Of a DNA stretch of 56,577 nucleotides, positions 54,601 to 56,577 are shown in pieces (the stretch's first letter is position 1; each line of letters begins with the position of its first letter). The position numbers were made by a program, and so were the translations under genes. Source of the stretch: a virus (lineage: Duplodnaviria > Caudoviricetes); the IMG/VR virus record IMGVR_UViG_3300048855_000094, positions 1-56,577 of that record. One strand, given 5' to 3'. The notes under the pieces are model-generated. The model was given only the letters and a program-made list of their open reading frames with translations, did no database searches and was not told the origin of the DNA.

Positions 54601-55507
54601 ATGCGCGCAGCAATAGATTCAGCTCAGCAGGTCGCTTGCCCCAGTCGTCCACTTTTGAAGTCAACGGCTTCTTAAAAATTTCAAAGAGCGTTGCGAAGCG
54701 AGCAGCATAATCCCACTCTTCCACCCCATCTTTTGTTGGGAGAACGACAGCAGTAACCCTGCGTGATTCCAGTAGTTTTTGCATCCCCAAACTCGGTGGG
54801 CGGATTACAAATAGATAGATGGGAAGAGCATGCTCGTCGAGCATGTCCCGCACCCAGCCAATCCAGAACAGAAAGTTCGGGTCTTCTCCGGAAAATCCTA
54901 TTAAGCAAAAAACATTCTCCAGCATAGATTGGCGCACTAAATTAATGAAGGGTGCGGATTTCTCTGGGTAGCGGCGGTAGTCCTCTTCAGTGAAAATAAA
55001 CGGCCGCTGTGATGGGAATGAGCCGTGAAGTTTCACAATACGTCGGCGGCCTAGAATTTTCGACTGAGGGATATCCTCTCTGCACATAACCGTATAGTGA
55101 GCTTTGTCTACTACTGCTTCAGCGGCACGCTCCAGTAGCGTGTCGTAGTTAGTTGTGAAGATTTCTGACCAAGGCAATGACAGCAAGCTACGATGCAAAA
55201 GTCCGGGTGCTACGCGCTCGTCTGGAATCAAACGTTTCAACAGCTCTTCAAGCCCTGGCTTGGAAAACACCCTTGCATACTGCTCACCGAGTTGCGTCAC
55301 AGTGCTCGCAGAAAAATCGCCTAACTCTGCCCCATCCGGATTGAGCTCACGCCAAAGCTCTTGGGCTACTTCGTGCCACATAGCTAGTTCGTCACCGTTT
55401 TCGGCATTTTTGCTGAAGCCTGCTCCCACCATGACTGCTGCATTGCCATTTTCCAATGCTCGACGGACGGCATTGTAGTGCACCTGATCGTTCGGACTGC
55501 TTGTCAT
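51692..55507 (-). CDS. SIR2-domain defence-associated sirtuin (DSR1-like), 1271 aa
   Basis: VMVGAGFS, TTNYDTLLE, KLHGS and LIGFSG.DPNF motifs, then ~1000 aa of helical sequence; GGAGG RBS. Confidence 0.85.
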   Translation of the reverse strand: MTSSPNDQVHYNAVRRALENGNAAVMVGAGFSKNAENGDELAMWHEVAQELWRELNPDGAELGDFSASTVTQLGEQYARVFSKPGLEELLKRLIPDERVAPGLLHRSLLSLPWSEIFTTNYDTLLERAAEAVVDKAHYTVMCREDIPQSKILGRRRIVKLHGSFPSQRPFIFTEEDYRRYPEKSAPFINLVRQSMLENVFCLIGFSGEDPNFLFWIGWVRDMLDEHALPIYLFVIRPPSLGMQKLLESRRVTAVVLPTKDGVEEWDYAARFATLFEIFKKPLTSKVDDWGKRPAELNLLLRASKGSEQHYEQAVAAFSSMSETRKSYPGWFVTPYAVRKRFYSNVTELHDLLRSAQVKEHFLSTTPHVGIVILAEYAWHQEVLLQSLDDGSATLAVQLLELTAPQSTGVNAAAKSDLKKFEAHTPQGFQQRWRELGLAVLRWAREALRQTEFTAISDSLLRYFPTDLRVADKIMYEGILLKLYSGDRDFAQRSLKTWDIRSPDSYMLIRKGMLLGELGDVASGLKIALVGLKHLRKNQRSRSNSTLYLSQEAWACLAIGYLQDSLDVTLDQQAPPESLEFLPEEVTQRLIDLAAAGHDVRKEVLQLTADLNAETPAPSQPVTYTPLFELGRYSTTRHLGGSHSYGKKIRAAFEWLSLTDRVSLVPRVGNATFDIGSFGQAAWWVQHADSMQRVLSVVMRLLNSKMLEPRNPTQFIHSAGWLSRYQVAKTPELLARELFERSMDFVERMFPQEFQSDLMERTIGFHLQVLSRLIIRISATGFARDQLKRIVRLYDAKQIVLHPDLWKDAKNLTARCFEAMSPLERLEAVGLISSIPNRPELKVRGQFHEADWLDLSLLHRREEDLIIAEPNSEIEVIVDTLIDCLVAYSAAKKGGSMDPEPSTASIWARLFWIKDWAGISKSQMLALESLLLSDKDWPTIPGHHSWATLSWVSKARKKSVEKRFRRWILEQHLEDFSSTRPNADGAQIRSWALRNADVFLTNLCYAVDCSKWAEDEMVAALLIIKRWWDGEWAFIQHELARLDDLKKMFFERMNMIDSIIAAFIHRHSMSALLKYPALAEWVEEIRAGLALAGSSMLRTDIACAFDADDRAALAELEGKILLRLFDSDIAGANYIAGVISYWTKHPGSKKHDAPSGLIYSLAGVVSARRIPVLPWALGTLTEISKQHPGWITSSCYSLLNVGLKIMLSELSYENRPDGTGIPDDSIPVLRLGCVKLSQALSVTTLFLAEDACGLWLKEASTDPLPELRYINA

Positions 55508-56059
55508 TACTTCCTCCATCAATGCGAGTTACCGGCGTCGGGCCTCAGCACTTGGAGCTTAGCGTGATTGATTAGGTCAGGATATAGAATCTTCTGTGCG
55601 CCAACGGGGGGTGGGTTGTAGCGGTGTTCGTGATCAAGTGTGCCTGGCTCTGAAAAGATGTATAGGCGTTCCGAATGCCGATGACAGGCCGCTTCCTAAC
55701 ATTGGCCGGCAGAATGCAAACTGTTACCGGAGGATGGTTTCGAGCCGTGCCGAAGCCGCACGGTCCGCACTCCGAGCTGCAGACCTTGGCGAACCTCGAA
55801 TATCAGAGATATCAGGTAAATACCTAAAAGCCATCGTTGCCCCAAATCATCGAAGCCGCGCGTGAGTCGGGATGTGCGCGGACGTGAAAGCCGGTACGCA
55901 GCGCTCTGTCAGAGAGAAGCTGGTCAGGATTCATTAAATCCGGCAGGACTCCGGGGGAGGGGGCAAAGAGTCCAGCGAAAGCGAAACAGTACATCCATCA
56001 GTACAGCAAAACCGTGGATGTTCAATGTAGCCAAGCAAATACTGGGCCTTGTTCAATCA

Positions 56060-56084
56060 GTTCGACTCCAGCTCGGGGCACCAT
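56060..56084 (+). repeat. attR core
   Basis: GTTCGACTCCAGCTCGGGGCACCAT, 24/25 identical to 103-127. Confidence 0.93.
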
Positions 56085-56092
56085 TTAAAATC

Positions 56093-56126
56093 AGGCGCTT
56101 ACGGAGTAATCCGAAGCGCCTTTTTT
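56093..56126 (+). terminator. Original host tRNA terminator, displaced by integration
   Basis: AGGCGCTT-A-CGGA-GTAA-TCCG-AAGCGCC-TTTTTT immediately after attR. Confidence 0.8.
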
Positions 56127-56357
56127 GTCCCCAGATTTCCGCAATCCTCCAACATTGCCGCAATTCCCCTTCCAAGTCAGGCGCAACACAGCTCATCGGC
56201 GAGGTTGAACTGGACGTACCCAGCTCTAACCCCCGCACTTGGATGCCACGGGCGTTGCGCTCAAACCCCATGTTCGCCAGCAAGCCGGCTTCTACAGGGC
56301 GGCGTACTGAACGTCTTCATCCAGTGATTGACCCGCGCGGGCAATGAATTACGCCGG

Positions 56358-56384
56358 GCCTCAAGCCTCAAGCCTCAAGCCTCA
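56358..56384 (+). repeat. Heptamer tandem repeat (GCCTCAA), about four copies
   Basis: Directly visible; spans the stop codon of the host gene. Confidence 0.85.
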
Positions 56385-56577
56385 CCCCCCAGCACCTTGC
56401 TCAGAAACGGCGCCGTCCGGCTGTCCGCGACTCTGGCGACTTCTTCGGGAGTGCCGCAGGCCACGACGTTGCCGCCCTTGTCCCCGGCGCCAGGGCCGAT
56501 GTCGATGACCCAGTCACTTTGCGCCACAACGCGCATTTCATGCTCCACCACGATGACGCTGTGCCCGCCGTCAACCA
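56375..56577 (-). CDS. UvrA-family ATPase, C-terminal fragment (host gene, truncated by the window edge)
   Basis: [43 protein letters not shown]. Confidence 0.88.
   Translation of the reverse strand, partial: VDGGHSVIVVEHEMRVVAQSDWVIDIGPGAGDKGGNVVACGTPEEVARVADSRTAPFLSKVLGGEA

Larger units (their letters stand above)
103..56084. mobile_element. Lambdoid siphovirus-type prophage, ~56 kb
   Basis: Bounded by a 25-bp direct repeat of the tRNA 3' end; integrase next to attL; immunity, replication, head, tail and lysis modules all present. Confidence 0.96.

Noticed and set aside
56060-56084. Second tRNA gene at the right end
   Set aside because: Only the 3' 25 nt are present; this is attR
55596-56347. 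ORFs 55596-55865 and 55862-56347
   Set aside because: The second crosses attR and the terminator; neither has recognisable features

Overview
The window is almost entirely one ~56 kb lambdoid, siphovirus-type prophage, most likely from Pseudomonas (judged from gene content and GC-rich codon usage). It is integrated into the 3' end of a tRNA-Leu(TAA) gene (attL 103-127, attR 56060-56084). All core modules are recognisable: integrase and AlpA-type excisionase, a leftward early operon (CsrA homologue, RecT/YqaJ, C5 methyltransferase), a cI/cro switch with five 14-bp operators, O/DnaC-type replication, ninB/ninG/Q-like genes, terminase, portal, capsid, a lambda-like tail and a split lysis cassette. 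The accessory load is heavy. It includes a soluble plus membrane gene pair at the lambda rexAB position, a solo RelA/SpoT-family synthetase, two RxxxxH (HEPN-like) proteins, a 1271-aa SIR2 (DSR-like) protein, an orphan HicB coupled to a membrane protein, and several envelope morons. No N antiterminator is recognisable. Instead pL is followed by a ~600-nt hairpin-dense leader with a boxA, a three-codon minigene and a CsrA/RsmA homologue as first gene. Several non-essential genes are decayed (PAPS-reductase-like, SRAP, UmuD-like, hicA). The last ~500 bp are host DNA, ending in a UvrA-family gene. All family assignments come from motif recognition by eye and no database searches were run.
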